62,975 nt of DNA, filler included, from Octopus bimaculoides (GCF_001194135.2; 7 parts of 7 records of this genome joined end to end with filler, not necessarily neighbours in it), one strand, 5' to 3'; positions 36,255 to 49,578 are shown, numbered from the whole stretch's first letter. The notes: generated from the sequence alone by a model not told the origin. Made by a program: numbers and translations.

Positions 36255-36605
36255 TACTTTGCGATCACATGGTTTTGAGTTTGAACTTATGTAGCATTTC
36301 AGTCTAGTGACTTTATCATAGCCTTGAGTTGATCCAAATATTGTGAATAAAATAGAGTAGATAGAAACTATGTGAGAGCCTGCCAGATGGCTTGTACAAA
36401 GTTCCAGCCGGTAAAGGGCACCTATGCTGGTGACATGTAAAAGACACCCAGTATGCTCTGTGGAGTGGTTGGTGTTAGGAAGGGCATCCAACCTGAGAAA
36501 CCAAGCCAAAACAAACTGGAGCCTGGTGCAGCTCTTTGGTTTACCAGTTCCAGTCAAACCGTCTAACCCATGCCAGCATGGAAAAAGGGATGCTAAATGA
36601 TGATG
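36255..36605 (+). mobile_element. SINE family D (A-like head, RTE-type tail)
   Basis: gtggttggtgttaggaagggcatcc core and aacccatgccagcatggaaaaagggatgctaaatgatgatgat tail. Confidence 0.7.
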
Positions 36606-37074
36606 ATATGTCAGCTTGAAAATTGCATTGAGTGTACATGTCTGTAGAGATTTTAGCCACTGGAATATTGGATATTCAGTGAACTGAACAACTAAATGCT
36701 CATTATCAAATGTGTTGAAGGATCTATCATGTATGCAAGCATATTCTTAATTTCAAAATCTTCAATTTTACAATTACTATTGACAAATAGAATGTAATTT
36801 CTGCAAGATCCATGTTAAAGCTTCAGCTATTCTTTTAGTTTGTTAAAATTGTTGGAATTTGTAATAGTCACTGTTTTTTATTTATTTATTTAACAATTAC
36901 ATTAATCATTATTTGAACCCCAGTTCTTTGTCTTGTATCAATCTCTAATCAAATCGACCTAGTCTCTTCTTGACTGAAGGGATATAACTCAGCACCTGCA
37001 TAAATTTTTTATTCAATGCATTGATTTATTAACCATCCCTCATTCACACATGCACAATGAATTTTTGCAGTTTC

Positions 37075-37300
37075 TCATTTCTTTATTGCCCATAAGGGGC
37101 TAAACATAGAGGGGACCAACAAGGACAGACAAAGGGACAAGTCGATTACATCGACTCCAATGCGTAACTGGTACTTAATTTATCGACCCCAAAAGGATGA
37201 AAGGCAAAGTCGACCTCGGCGGAATTTGAACTCAGAACGTAAAGACAGACGAAATACCACTAAGCATTTCGCCTGGCGTTCTAACGACTCTGCCAGCTCG
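37075..37300 (-). mobile_element. SINE family B, young copy with CpGs intact
   Basis: Close match to 3890-4122. Confidence 0.9.
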
Positions 37301-37984
37301 CTGTTTTGCACAGTTTCTGTTTACCAGTTCTGCAGTTTCTGTTTACCAATTCTGAAACCAGAATCTAGTGGATGTGAAGTGAATTCCTAAACCACACAGC
37401 TAGGCTTATCTCCATTGGGGATTTTATTTTCTATAGAAAGATGACAATTTCACNNNNNNNNNNNNNNNNNNNNNNNNNNNNNNNNNNNNNNNNNNNNNNN
37501 NNNNNNNNNNNNNNNNNNNNNNNNNNNNNNNNNNNNNNNNNNNNNNNNNNNNNNNNNNNNNNNNNNNNNNNNNNNNNNNNNNNNNNNNNNNNNNNNNNNN
37601 NNNNNNNNNNNNNNNNNNNNNNNNNNNNNNNNNNNNNNNNNNNNNNNNNNNNNNNNNNNNNNNNNNNNNNNNNNNNNNNNNNNNNNNNNNNNNNNNNNNN
37701 NNNNNNNNNNNNNNNNNNNNNNNNNNNNNNNNNNNNNNNNNNNNNNNNNNNNNNNNNNNNNNNNNNNNNNNNNNNNNNNNNNNNNNNNNNNNNNNNNNNN
37801 NNNNNNNNNNNNNNNNTGTGTGTGTGTGTGTGTGTGTGTATTGTCTCATTGTGCTAGATTTTTGAGAACTGAAACCCCATTTTGTTGCCAACCCTCACCA
37901 AAGCAAGTTAATATTTCCCTTTAGTCAGACATGCTTTTCATGGAAAACTGCAAACTCAACATTGCTCACACACACAAACACTTC

Positions 37985-38115
37985 AGATTCTTTCAGTTTC
38001 TGTTTACCAAATCCACATGCACAGCTTTGGTTAGCTTGGAGCTTAAAGCTCAACATACTGCACAGTGGGACTAAGGCTGAAACCATATGCTTGGGAAGCA
38101 AACTTCTTAGCCACT
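37985..38115 (-). mobile_element. SINE family A left half, decayed
   Basis: tctttcagtttctgtttaccaaatccac...gcaaacttcttagccac. Confidence 0.6.
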
Positions 38116-38171
38116 GTCTGCAAATGTTTGATTAGTTGAACTTGTTCTTTGTCCACAAAACTTTTAGTATA

Positions 38172-38340
38172 GGCGTAGGAGTGGCTGTGTGGTAAGTAGC
38201 TTGCTTACCAACCACATGGTTCTGGGTTCAGTCCCACTGCATGGCATCTTGGGCAAGTGTCTTCTACTATAGCCTCAGGCCGACCAAAGCCTTGTGAGTG
38301 GATTTGGTAGACGGAAACTGAAAGAAGCCCATCGTGTATA
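38172..38340 (+). mobile_element. SINE family A left half ending in a TA tract and linker gap
   Basis: ggcgtaggagtggctgtgtggtaag...gaaagaagcccatcg. Confidence 0.85.
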
Positions 38341-38463
38341 TATATATATATATATATATATATNNNNNNNNNNNNNNNNNNNNNNNNNNNNNNNNNNNNN
38401 NNNNNNNTTAATTAATTAANNNNNNNNNNNNNNNNNNNNNNNNNNNNNNNNNNNNNNNNNNNN

Positions 38464-38690
38464 CCAGCCACAGCAGCAAAGTCTAATTTTTCCGCTTGTT
38501 TTTTCTCATTTTTGTCCATCTATCTTAGCTTTTGTAATTAAACTAGCGCCTTCAATATTTCTTCTTGAAGTCGCAGGCCTCGGTGGGATATAGTCTTCTT
38601 CTTCACTTGTGTCTATTAATGTCTTTTCGACATTTCTTTTCACTTCCTCTTCAGTTAGTAGCCTCTCCATACTCCAGCTTGCCATAATGC
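38464..38690 (-). mobile_element. Possible DNA-transposase N-terminal remnant (piggyBac-like acidic leader)
   Basis: MERLLTEEEVKRNVEKTLIDTSEEEDYIP...AKIDGQK*; judged on composition only, no catalytic motif, cut by a gap. Confidence 0.3.
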
Positions 38691-39552
38691 AAGCCTCCCC
38701 ACACGGGAGCAAGACACAAGAAGAAAGTCTTCAAAAACAGAACGATAAAGGTTCCCACAAGTAACAAATTGTTGTAACAAAAATTTCAAAATAATGAAAC
38801 ACCCACCTCTTCGTCAACAGTAAAACATTCCAACAAAAATTCACAACTGAATCGCGCTGATTCGATGTGGAAAAAGACTCAACACCTTACATCATGGAAA
38901 AACACGTCCAACATCTGATTTTTTATTACCCATACGGGCTAACATAGAGGGGAGACACGTCCAACATCAACGAAGGCAGCAGTAAAAAAAAACTATAATT
39001 ATGAGAGCAAGCTTAAATAAATAATAATATGGATTAGACCCCAAAAAAAAAAAATCTAATTTTTAGTATACCCTTTAGAATAGTCAGGCAGGTTTGGTAA
39101 CTACAACTATTAGGTTTCAAATCCAACGTAAGCCATGATAAAAAATAAATACTACCATTGTATCCATATTTTTATTATTATTTTAATATCAATTATTTTT
39201 GTCTATTTATTTATTTCTATCATTACCATTACTATCATTATTACCACTACTAACACTATTATTTTTGTTGAAATCCAAAGAAAATGGCAGTTTGAGGATA
39301 TAAGATCAATGCTTCTTGTATGGAATTTAGCTGAAGGATCACCACTAAGCAATCTAATCCCAAAGACGCTGAAAAGCTTTAATTTCCACCGAATCATAGC
39401 TCAGACAGAAAGAATTCATTCGTTCATATGTCCTGGTTTAACTGCACATTGAGTTATCAGAGAGTAGTTTCAAAAAGCATGATAGAACGGATAAGGGTGA
39501 GGAAACAGTGACATGCTCCCAACCAACTCAATAGAAACCGAGAGTCAGTGAT

Positions 39553-39555
<3 letters not shown>

Positions 39556-39642
<87 letters not shown>
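39556..39642. repeat. (GA)n microsatellite
   Basis: Direct inspection. Confidence 0.95.
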
Positions 39643-39647
<5 letters not shown>

Positions 39648-39699
39648 CAACAGTTGTGAGCTCGGCGATAACAACAACAGCGAAGCAAAGCCCCATCAG

Positions 39700-40450
39700 A
39701 AAATCTCAAAAGCTATATTAGTAGCTTCTGTTTTTCTGCTGTTAAAGATGAAGTCGCAAGCAAGAAAGCAAACTGAGGACGACCATCGGTCAAAGGTGAG
39801 CGCAGTCAAAAGATGTAGAACTTTCAGAAACAAAAGCCCTGGAAAAATCCTCAGAATTCTGTAAGTTCTACGAAAATGATACTTGCTGGCACAGAGATAC
39901 CAAGACAAGCTGTTGATTTGCTCGTCCCAATTTCCAAGTGAATGGCATCAATTTTGCTCACCCCAAGATCAGGGAGAACTATCCCCGAGGAGACAAACAC
40001 TTCCATCAAGATCAACACAGACACAAGACTAGATCACAACACATACTGCTTCATCCTTAGAAATCTGCTGATGTTGCACATACTGCTCCTAAGCGGAATA
40101 GACGCAGTGCGGACAGCAGCAGCTGAATAGCGTTCTTCTTTCGGATATGGCACAAATGATTGCGAAGCAGCTTACCTGGCTTCGTCAGATATTGAACAAA
40201 AAATACATGCCAGTACTCAAAACAACCGTAAATAACAAAATATCTAGGGTGGCCACCTCTCACACCTCCACAAATGCCATACAAGTGGCCACTTTTGACA
40301 CTCCATATCAAACAGAAACACATCTGACTGCTGATGTAGCAGATGCTGAATTACACAGAACATGCTGTATGAGATAAAACTGATGCTGGAGTTGCAGTGT
40401 ACATCCGGAAAGATGCCATGCCTGTTGTCCTGCTGTAACCCAAACTCCGA
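39700..40450 (+). mobile_element. 5' part of a CR1-like LINE: ORF1 zinc-finger remnant plus start of APE endonuclease
   Basis: CKFYENDTCWH...C*FA...FAHPKI (CCCH-like), then NNKISRV...TETHLTADVADAEL...DKTDAGVAVYIRKD (APE motifs TETxL and GGVAxYIR). Confidence 0.55.
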
Positions 40451-40729
40451 ATGTGACATCCTGATAGAACACATTTTTTTTTATATTTGAGAACAAATTA
40501 AATGGTCACAACTTCGTTATTTGTGTATGACAACGTGACAACAATCTTGCAATCTGCCCCTGTCCACACCCAAACATTCCCCCGCCTGCGTGCATGTGTA
40601 TGTATCAAATACAAGAAGTTTAAACATATNNNNNNNNNNNNNNNNNNNNNNNNNNNNNNNNNNNNNNNNNNNNTTAATTAATTAANNNNNNNNNNNNNNN
40701 NNNNNNNNNNNNNNNNNNNNNNNNNNNNN

Positions 40730-40778
<49 letters not shown>

Positions 40779-41535
40779 TAAATAGTGCAACAACAGTGTT
40801 TTTGCAGATTAATTTTGTAAACTTACAACCTTATATTTAATAGATATATATTTAGTAACACTGTGAAAATAGCTTCCGTATCAAAGCTATAAGTCTTTTA
40901 GCACCCAAGATAGAGGATCACGTCGACCACTTTCGGTTTTCATTAAAGTCTCGTCAATAATCCCTTTTATTCATATAGCAGCAAAGAGAATATGGCTGAT
41001 TATTCGTAGAAAGAAATGGCTGTGCGGAATGAGTAAACGATTCCTCAACGCATATTATCTGAGACTAAATCTGTAAAAAGTTACTCGCATATGTGACGTA
41101 AACCCATAATTAATATTACTATGAAAATAGATATATATTAAATCCACGATTAGCAAATCAGGAAGGAATGGCCTTTGGTCTAACTAAGAAATATTGTTTC
41201 ACAGAAAGATTAAATGAAAGGTTATTAAGTATATGTTGGGGATCTATTTGCAAATTTAATAACACAATTCATAAAGCTGGTGAACCGTTATATTAAAATA
41301 TCCGACCTAACTTGCTCTTATATGTAAATACGATCAGAGCTGGTCATAAAAAGTAAGGAAACCCAATCAAGACTTTTATGAAAGGTGGGCTATGTCAAAC
41401 CAAGTCATTATCCTGGCTGCTGAGAGATTCGTGTTTTAACAACAGAGGTATAATCTGGAATCGAGATGAAGTAGATTTTTTGAAATACATCGTAGTAAAT
41501 TTGTTATAGATCAACACATAAACAGTTACATAAAA

Positions 41536-41594
<59 letters not shown>

Positions 41595-42394
41595 NNNNNN
41601 NNNNNNNNNNNNNNNNNNNNNNNNNNNNNNNNNNNNNNNNNNNNNNNNNNNNNNNNNNNNNNNNNNNNNNNATATATATATCATATAAATATATACATTA
41701 TTCATGGATATGTGTGTGTATGTAAATGCAAAAATATATATATATACCACTATATTGATATCTAAGTCTGTATATGTGTGTATGTGTACGCCTGAATACG
41801 TTTCATTAAAATTACGAATATATTTTAGTTTTATCTCTTTTATTGTATTTTAGATTATGCATATTTTATTGGTTTTTATGTAAATAGTCTGGAACAATAA
41901 CATTCCTAAATTCATATACTATATTTCTAGCGCTTCGCTGTCTCTATAAATTGAATCTAATTGGTTTCCGTAATATTTCTTATATACTGGCGGGATTCAT
42001 GTCGACATTCCCGCCAAAGGTTTCTTTGACCGCTAACCTCATATATCAGCAGTCACGTGTTGATTTGTTTGTGGAGAGCAAAATTTTCAGCTTTTGATTT
42101 CTTTGTCCGTAGTTGAATGTTAATTTTTTTAATGTGTTTATCATTTGATAGACATGTTCACTTCTTGACAAATGAGTCTAACTATAAAAAGTCACAATAA
42201 AGTGTCAAAAATCTAAGATACTTGAACACAGCGCGCATTTAAGGTAATATGTATAGATGAATATGTGTGTGCGTGTACGTATGTGTGTATGTGTGTGTGC
42301 CTAAGAAAATAGGATGACGAGCGAATAAATGATTATCACATGAACTTCATTAGCTTACAGCTGTTTCTGTGATTAGATGTAGTGGACGCATAGT

Positions 42395-42815
42395 AAAGTG
42401 CTTGAGTTTGGTTCACGGTAAAATGTCTTCTTAACAGTTTGATCAGGAAGAACAACTTCTATATGGGCAATTCCTTTCGCATCGATAAAATAAGTCTGTA
42501 TCGTCTTGACATTGGTCTTCACTTGACGCGCTTTTTTCACATGTGGTGACAATGAATGCATTCACTGACTTCTTGGCTGCTTCGTTTCCGAGTCGTAGCC
42601 GTAGCACTGGCTTTAATCACCAGTGATGACCTTCGAAAACAAGTCCGGATCAACTTCCAATTCTTTTTTCAGTTCAAGCCACGTATTCAGACGTGACTAT
42701 ATTTGATCCTCCGTGAGCAAGCAAGACACAAGTTTTGCTGCAACTCTTTTCATTTGCAATTCTACGCTCGAAATTCGTCGGCAGGAGACATATGATACAC
42801 CAGCCATCGTCAGTT
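42395..42815 (-). mobile_element. mariner transposase fragment (decayed)
   Basis: QMKRVAAKLV..LLTEDQ, DPDLFSKVITGD*SQCYGYDSETKQ, KKARQVKTNVKT..YFIDAKGIAH.E...QTV. Confidence 0.85.
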
Positions 42816-42844
42816 GTTCGGCAAAGGTCCTCTAAGACAAGCAA

Positions 42845-42846
42845 TT

Positions 42847-42926
<80 letters not shown>

Positions 42927-42930
42927 CACT

Positions 42931-42978
<48 letters not shown>

Positions 42979-42990
42979 GTCATCATCAAT
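42845..42990. repeat. (ATT)n(ATC)n microsatellite
   Basis: Direct inspection. Confidence 0.95.
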
Positions 42991-42999
42991 ATTAGTTAC

Positions 43000-43460
43000 T
43001 TTTCATCTGCATGTTTGCTACGATCACTTGCTGAGACACCCCCAGTGTCCTAGAGGTTACAGTATGACTGAAAGCTTGGGGAGAAGTGGCAGGGTAGTAG
43101 CGAAATAACTTCATGTAATACAACACAGACATTTAAATGTATAGGTTTTTCTAAGGATCTGGGCAGTACTTGACAGTACAGTCTTTTGGATTTCTCTGAG
43201 ACATGGTTCTCCTGGGATCTTATCTAGATGTTTCTGACATCCATTTTTATCATACCTTGGTCACCTACAATAACAGAACAGTTCTCGTTTTAAGATGCTA
43301 CAGCACAGCATCCTCACTGTTTCTTGTTGGTCATCATCGTATTCTTGTGATATAGCTCTTCCTATTACTTATGCTTTATTTGCTGAGAATACAATTACAT
43401 TTACACTTTGCTCTATTTCTTCACTGCCAATTTTCCTTTTTCTGTTCTCACTGGGCAAGT
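43000..43460 (-). mobile_element. R4/Dong-like LINE 3' fragment between ATT tracts
   Basis: Frameshift-corrected VIVGDQGMIK.GCQKHLDKIPGEPCLREIQKTVLSSTAQILRK; ATT repeats on both sides. Confidence 0.7.
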
Positions 43461-43477
43461 TTATAATTATTATTATG

Positions 43478-43522
<45 letters not shown>

Positions 43523-43955
43523 GTTGTTGTTGTTGTTGTTGGTGGTGGTGGTAGTGGNNNNNNNNNNNNNNNNNNNNNNNNNNNNNNNNNNNNNNNNNNN
43601 NNNNNNNNNNNNNNNNNNNNNNNNNNNNNNNNNNNNNNNNNNNNNNNNNNNNNNNNNNNNNNNNNNNNNNNNNNNNNNNNNNNNNNNNNNNNNNNNNNNN
43701 NNNNNNNNNNNNNNNNNNNNNNNNNNNNNNNNNNNNNNNNNNNNNNNNNNNNNNNNNNNNNNNNNNNNNNNNNNNNNNNNNNNNNNNNNNNNNNNNNNNN
43801 NNNNNNNNNNNNNNNNNNNNNNNNNNNNNNNNNNNNNNNNNNNNNNNNNNNNNNNNNNNNNNNNNNNNNNNNNNNNNNNNNNNNNNNNNNNNNNNNNNNN
43901 NNNNNNNNNNNNNNNNNNNNNNNNNNNNNNNNNNNNNNNNNNNNNNNNNNNNNNN

Positions 43956-44010
<55 letters not shown>

Positions 44011-44023
44011 GTATGTATATACA

Positions 44024-44059
<36 letters not shown>

Positions 44060-44821
44060 TATATAAAGAGAGGGGGAAAAAGAGGGGCGGGAAGGGAGAC
44101 TGGGAAGTCAGGGAGACCGACAAAAGATAGCGTCTTTAGCTAGAATTCTCAGCTGCTTTATATCCAAAGTCACAACACCTTCTCTTACCCATATGTCTAA
44201 ATATTCAGCGCTTTCGTGTTAGCTTACACCTTCTTTCTCTGTTTCTTGATGACTTGCACGATAAATATAATCAGTTGCTGCAGTTTTTGGCTTCAAAGTT
44301 GAGAAACTTGTAAATAATTAACGTTATCCTCCTAGGAAGTTAAATGAAGTTAATTACTTGAATTTCTCTCTCCTGACTTTCATCTAATTAATAATTAATT
44401 AAGTATCTAATTAGTTATTATATTATCTAAGTAGAATTCTAACGTTAGTTGTTTCTGGAGTGATCTGGTAATTAATTTGTGTTATCTACCTAGTAGGAAG
44501 GGCTATATAGCTACTGCTACAATCAGTCGGGGGTTTTTTTCTCCCGTTTGTAAGAATTATGGATCAACGAAAGGTAAACAAAAAAAAAAAAAATCAGAAG
44601 ACATTGAATAAACATTGCAATGTCATTAGCCTCGTAGATGAACTGACAAACATGCAATGGGAATAGGAAGTAGGTCGAAAGTAGGTCCTGGAAGCTTACA
44701 ACAGTGATATTTTGCAATGCCGTTGTTATTATGACTAAAATGCGCTGCTCCTGCGGATGCTGATGCTGATGCTGCTGATGTTAACGATTATGCAGCTGAT
44801 GTTGTTCCTGTTGGTATTACT

Positions 44822-44822
44822 C

Positions 44823-44870
<48 letters not shown>

Positions 44871-44917
44871 CGACAACAGTAGTAGTAGTAGTAGTAGTAG
44901 TAGTTGTAGTAGTAGTT

Positions 44918-44960
<43 letters not shown>

Positions 44961-45156
44961 CAGCAGTAGCAGCAGTAATAGTAGTAGTAGTAGTAGTAGT
45001 AGCTTCAAGCAGCAGCAGCAGCAGCAACAACAGAAGAGGAGGAGAAGAAGAAGAAGAAGAAGAAGAAGAAGAAGAAGAAGAAGAAGAAGAAGAAGAAGAA
45101 GAAGAAGAAGAAGAAGAAGAAGAAGAAGAAGAAGAAGAAGAAGAAGAAGAAGAAGA
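44822..45156. repeat. Compound (TAG)n/(CAG)n/(GAA)n trinucleotide array
   Basis: Direct inspection; source of the poly-S/T/L pseudo-ORFs. Confidence 0.95.
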
Positions 45157-45904
45157 CTGATGAGCGCAAAGCTCATGAGGAACCATATGTAACATTTCTA
45201 TGTTAAACTGTATAAGCCATGGCGAAGACAGAGTAAAGATGTTTAGTTAATAATTTATGTACCTTGGGCAATATGTAAACTACCAAACCATGGGTGATGT
45301 GTTCTTGAACACTTCCTAGCACTCTACTCTAAATAAATAAAAATGTTTCAATATTCCGATTTAATCTGCTTGCTCAGTTGGAACCTAAGCAGAAATATAT
45401 TCGACATATTGTTTTTGAAGACTCTTGAAAAGATTGTCGCCCATCAACATTGAACTCCAGGGATGTTTACCACATGACACATCCATTCAAATATTCGCTG
45501 GTATCACTACTCAGCTAAATAGCTGAACTTACATTAGCTCTAGTCTGCAAATGTATTTTATTTTCTGTAGATCAAGGGATTTTGCCGATACAGGTAGTTT
45601 ATCGCGCCCTGCTCCGACTTTTAGTTCATGCAATTGAAAAAAAAATCCGGATTATTTATGGGCTGACACAATATATATATATATATATATATATATANNN
45701 NNNNNNNNNNNNNNNNNNNNNNNNNNNNNNNNNNNNNNNNNNNNNNNNNNNNNNNNNNNNNNNNNNNNNNNNNNNNNNNNNNNNNNNNNNNNNNNNNNNN
45801 NNNNNNNNNNNNNNNNNNNNNNNNNNNNNNNNNNNNNNNNNNNNNNNNNNNNNNNNNNNNNNNNNNNNNNNTATACATATATATATATATTTAGGGAGAA
45901 TTCA

Positions 45905-45965
45905 CAAAAAAAAAGACGAAGACAGTTGGTGTAGACAACAAACCGGTGTATTAGTTTAACGCTCA
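45905..45965 (-). mobile_element. Partial family H1 repeat lacking the hammerhead segment
   Basis: gacgaagacagttggtgtagacaacaaaccggtgtattagtttaacgctcag matches 50180-50225 and 58790-58835. Confidence 0.6.
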
Positions 45966-46096
45966 GAAAGAATCTGCAAGAAAGCCCCTAATTAGAGCAC
46001 AATCGTCAATCCTCTCTTTTGGTTGCATGAAATATTTTTTGCGTCCAGACAAATAATCATGTTTGTATGTGTGTTTGTATGTCACCTATGGATGTG

Positions 46097-46137
<41 letters not shown>

Positions 46138-48481
46138 CCGTGTCCATGTGTGTGTGTGTGCGTGTGTGCGTTGGATTGTCTCTTGTCCTATAATATACGA
46201 TTATCGGACAAAACCTCACAAGTTTATATATACTGAATACTAACATATATGTATGATGATTTGGATTCCTTCTCATACCTTATGTTTAATACATACCATA
46301 AAAATATATTTCTAAAACCCTACATACAAGCCATACGCACAAAGAAATTATATGCGCATATACGAATATAACATATTAAATACTTAATAGGATTAGAGAA
46401 ACTGGACAGTCAGGTTTATATTGCGTTATTTGCAACAAAGAGGCGTTCGAAAGTAAGCAGAATATTACAAAAGATGTTCACACTGACAATGGTCTTGAGA
46501 GACTACTAATTGGTATGGGAATCAAACACGCTGTATAAAAGAAAGCTTTGTAAGATTCATTTTTAATACAAAATAATATTGATTTATGTCTCCTATGAAA
46601 ACAACACTTTTGTTATATTCAAATACATTTTTTTCTCTTGTAATCTATTTCTTTAGGCAACAATACATATTGGCTTCTTTGTTTATTAAAGGAGAATTAG
46701 TCTAGAAATGTGTTAGAGATAAAAGGATACGTGAATTCTCGGAGGATTCGAACTTCGTAACACACATCACTGTTAAAGACGTAAATAAATGGGCTAATAG
46801 TACATAAAGAATGCATTCTGCTTCGGAGAATGAATACTAATAGTAAAATGGAATTGTCACTCGACATCGTAAACGAATGATTATAGTGAATATCTTCTTT
46901 CCCTGTGGTTGGTTTTGTTGAAGATAAATTTAGGATAATGTGTTACTACCAACCATCTGAGATACAGAATACACCGTTTGAGTCGGAAGATGTGTCTTGC
47001 ATACCATATATGTGATGGTAAACTCACTCGCGTTTACTTGTCCGGCCTTTGCTTGACGTCCCATACATCGCTATATATTTCCTCCAAATCTTTTACCACG
47101 AACGCCAACACCGCAAATACGCAAACGGTTACCACATTTACATTATAACAATCATTCTGTCATCAATAGAAATTTTAAATTTCCGAATCACTGACCAAAT
47201 CTGATATCAATCGTTTACCTGTGCACACTTGCTAAACATCATGCTTCAGTATTAGTTTTCGTCCTGAAAATTAATCAATCGTTTGACTCGAAACTGTTAC
47301 TGACAGCCGTTTTCAAAATTCAAGTGTACCCACAATACTTCTTTGACTGTATACCGATAATGGTACTTCTTTAAGGGTATTGGCTTACAAAATTTTAACG
47401 GAGCATCAGTGGCATAACTCACGCAGCCGTGGAAGGCGTGCTCTATCTCCCACCGAATTGCAATGCATTTTAGCATAAATAGACTTTTCATATCGAAAAA
47501 AATCACACAGACTATTTTCTCTATTATACACGCACATACACACAGAAACTCACACACACACACACACACTTATATATACTATTCTTAAACAAGACACTAG
47601 TTGGAAGTGACTTCGACGTGTCGGCCAACTAAGCCATACTCGGCAGTAAATCTATACACTACAAAAGTACATACAAACATACAGATTAAACCATAGATTA
47701 ATGCAAACTTGATTTTGTTATAACTGAGCATAGAACAAATGTGCGTGTGCTTGCGCGCGCGCGCGTGTCAATGGGCCGTCTAGATTTAGAACAAAAGACC
47801 GCGAGTTTTATAGAAGAGAATACATGACACATGAGATATTAGTGTCCCAATGAAAAAACTACTTGATAATATTGTGCGGTAGGAACTGGGTAGTAACTAG
47901 TGTTATAATGTACAGTTCTACACAAATGATGTTCAATGATGCTATACACAATTATTGTCATCCATTTCCATTTGTTATCAGTCATATCTTACGTTTCACA
48001 AATATATTATCCCCTTATCTCTAAGAAATTCGTTAATATTTGTATCCAGCTTTTGAATCAGAAAGAATCTCTAGAAATGCAAATATCCGATGGGAGTTAT
48101 TCTAATATCTATGATGTATAGAAAATTATTTTATTAGCTAGGTTTCTTCAAATTATATACGTGTATGTGTTTTCGTTTGTGTGAGAGGAGTGTGTGTGTT
48201 TTTATATATTGCATACAGGTATGTATATATAAGTATGTATATGTACACATATAAATACATACATGTATATATATATATGTGTGTGTGTATACACACACAA
48301 ACATACACACGCATACACACACACACATATATATAAATGTAATCTAAATTTCAAGAAAAATATTGTATTTCCTCTCTAGTGTACTATTTTACTTTCTTTT
48401 TCTGCATTGTTTACAGTTATTCTAATTCTGTTCCTTCATTTTTATCCATGAAGTGCATCACAAGTTTATTTCACAACAATA

Positions 48482-48540
<59 letters not shown>

Positions 48541-49127
48541 CAAGTACACTAATGAGCAAAGACGTGTGTATACTTTTATATACAGAGAAATAAAAGAGAT
48601 AGGTAGATAATACATAGATTCAGAGTTAAAATGCACTGCTGAGATGCATAGATTGTTAATCATAGTCATATACATTTACACACAAACGCATGCAGTCACG
48701 GACAGACAAAAACACAAATGCTCTAATGGGCTGACACCACCACACATACTTACACTTGAATACACATCACACATTTATGTATCATATATTTATTCATATA
48801 AATGAACACAACTGTGGTTTGGAATGGTGTTTTGTGAACTACATTATTTCTATAATGTCACGTAATAGTGCTTTATATTACCTTTCTGGAAATCTGCCTT
48901 CGTTTTACTCCTTTTCACAAAGAATACATGGTATATATATATATATGATATTAGAGACAAAATTCAAAATTACAGGTAAAAACTCAATTAAAATCAATTT
49001 ATAAAAAATTAAAATTAAATTGAGCTTTACAGATTAAAATATATATAAAAATATATATGTTTAGGGAAAATATATATATGTATGTATTATGTATGTGTGT
49101 GTGTGTGCGTGCGTGTGTGTGTGCGCT

Positions 49128-49164
<37 letters not shown>

Positions 49165-49179
49165 ATTTTATCATTTGTC

Positions 49180-49375
49180 GTGTACTTGTTTTAGTCATTA
49201 GACTGTAGTCATGCAGGGGCACCGCCATGAATTCTTAGCCAAATTAATCGATCCCAGTACTTAATTTTGCTAAACCTAGTACTTATTCTATCAGTCTCTG
49301 TTTGCCAAATAGCTATGTTATGAAGGCGTAAATACACCAACGCCGGTTGTCAAACTGGAATGGGGTACAGACACA
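49180..49375 (-). mobile_element. SINE family A right half
   Basis: tacttgttttagtcattagactg...tacttattctatc...ggttgtcaa. Confidence 0.75.
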
Positions 49376-49578
49376 CACACACACACATATATATACATCG
49401 GAGTAATGGCGCAAAGCAGTGTTTATTTATAATCAAAATGTAGGTAAGTTGAAATATGTTTGTCATATTTCAACTGCTAAAGGCAAATAGACTGCAGTGA
49501 CCCTGGAGAAAAAATCTCTCTTATGGCTAAATGGTGTGAAAATACCCGGTTCTCTCAGTGTCATCCTCTCCCAGGAAT

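Noticed and set aside
39700-40450. piggyBac C-terminus or host first exon (AAG|GTGAGC donor)
   Set aside because: The TETHL and GVAVYIRKD motifs fit a LINE APE endonuclease better, and the frames are broken by stops.
41989-42018. 29-bp near-palindrome tggcggga..atgtcgacat..tcccgcca as a Helitron 3' hairpin or terminator
   Set aside because: There is no downstream CTRR end or U-tract and no second copy.
35540-43460. Shared 3' tail proving that R4/Dong mobilises SINE B
   Set aside because: The visible 3' ends of both LINE fragments do not match any of the SINE B tails.
44788-45195. Poly-Ser/Thr and poly-Leu ORFs resembling a mucin or membrane protein
   Set aside because: They derive entirely from TAG/GAA microsatellites and have no complex flanking coding sequence.
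32020-47262. A second in-phase minus-strand exon chain (about 47.2, 41.4, 34.4, 33.9, 32.0 kb)
   Set aside because: It needs 10-24-nt exons with weak sites picked post hoc. It mainly shows how easily such chains arise, so it was used only to lower confidence in the main model.
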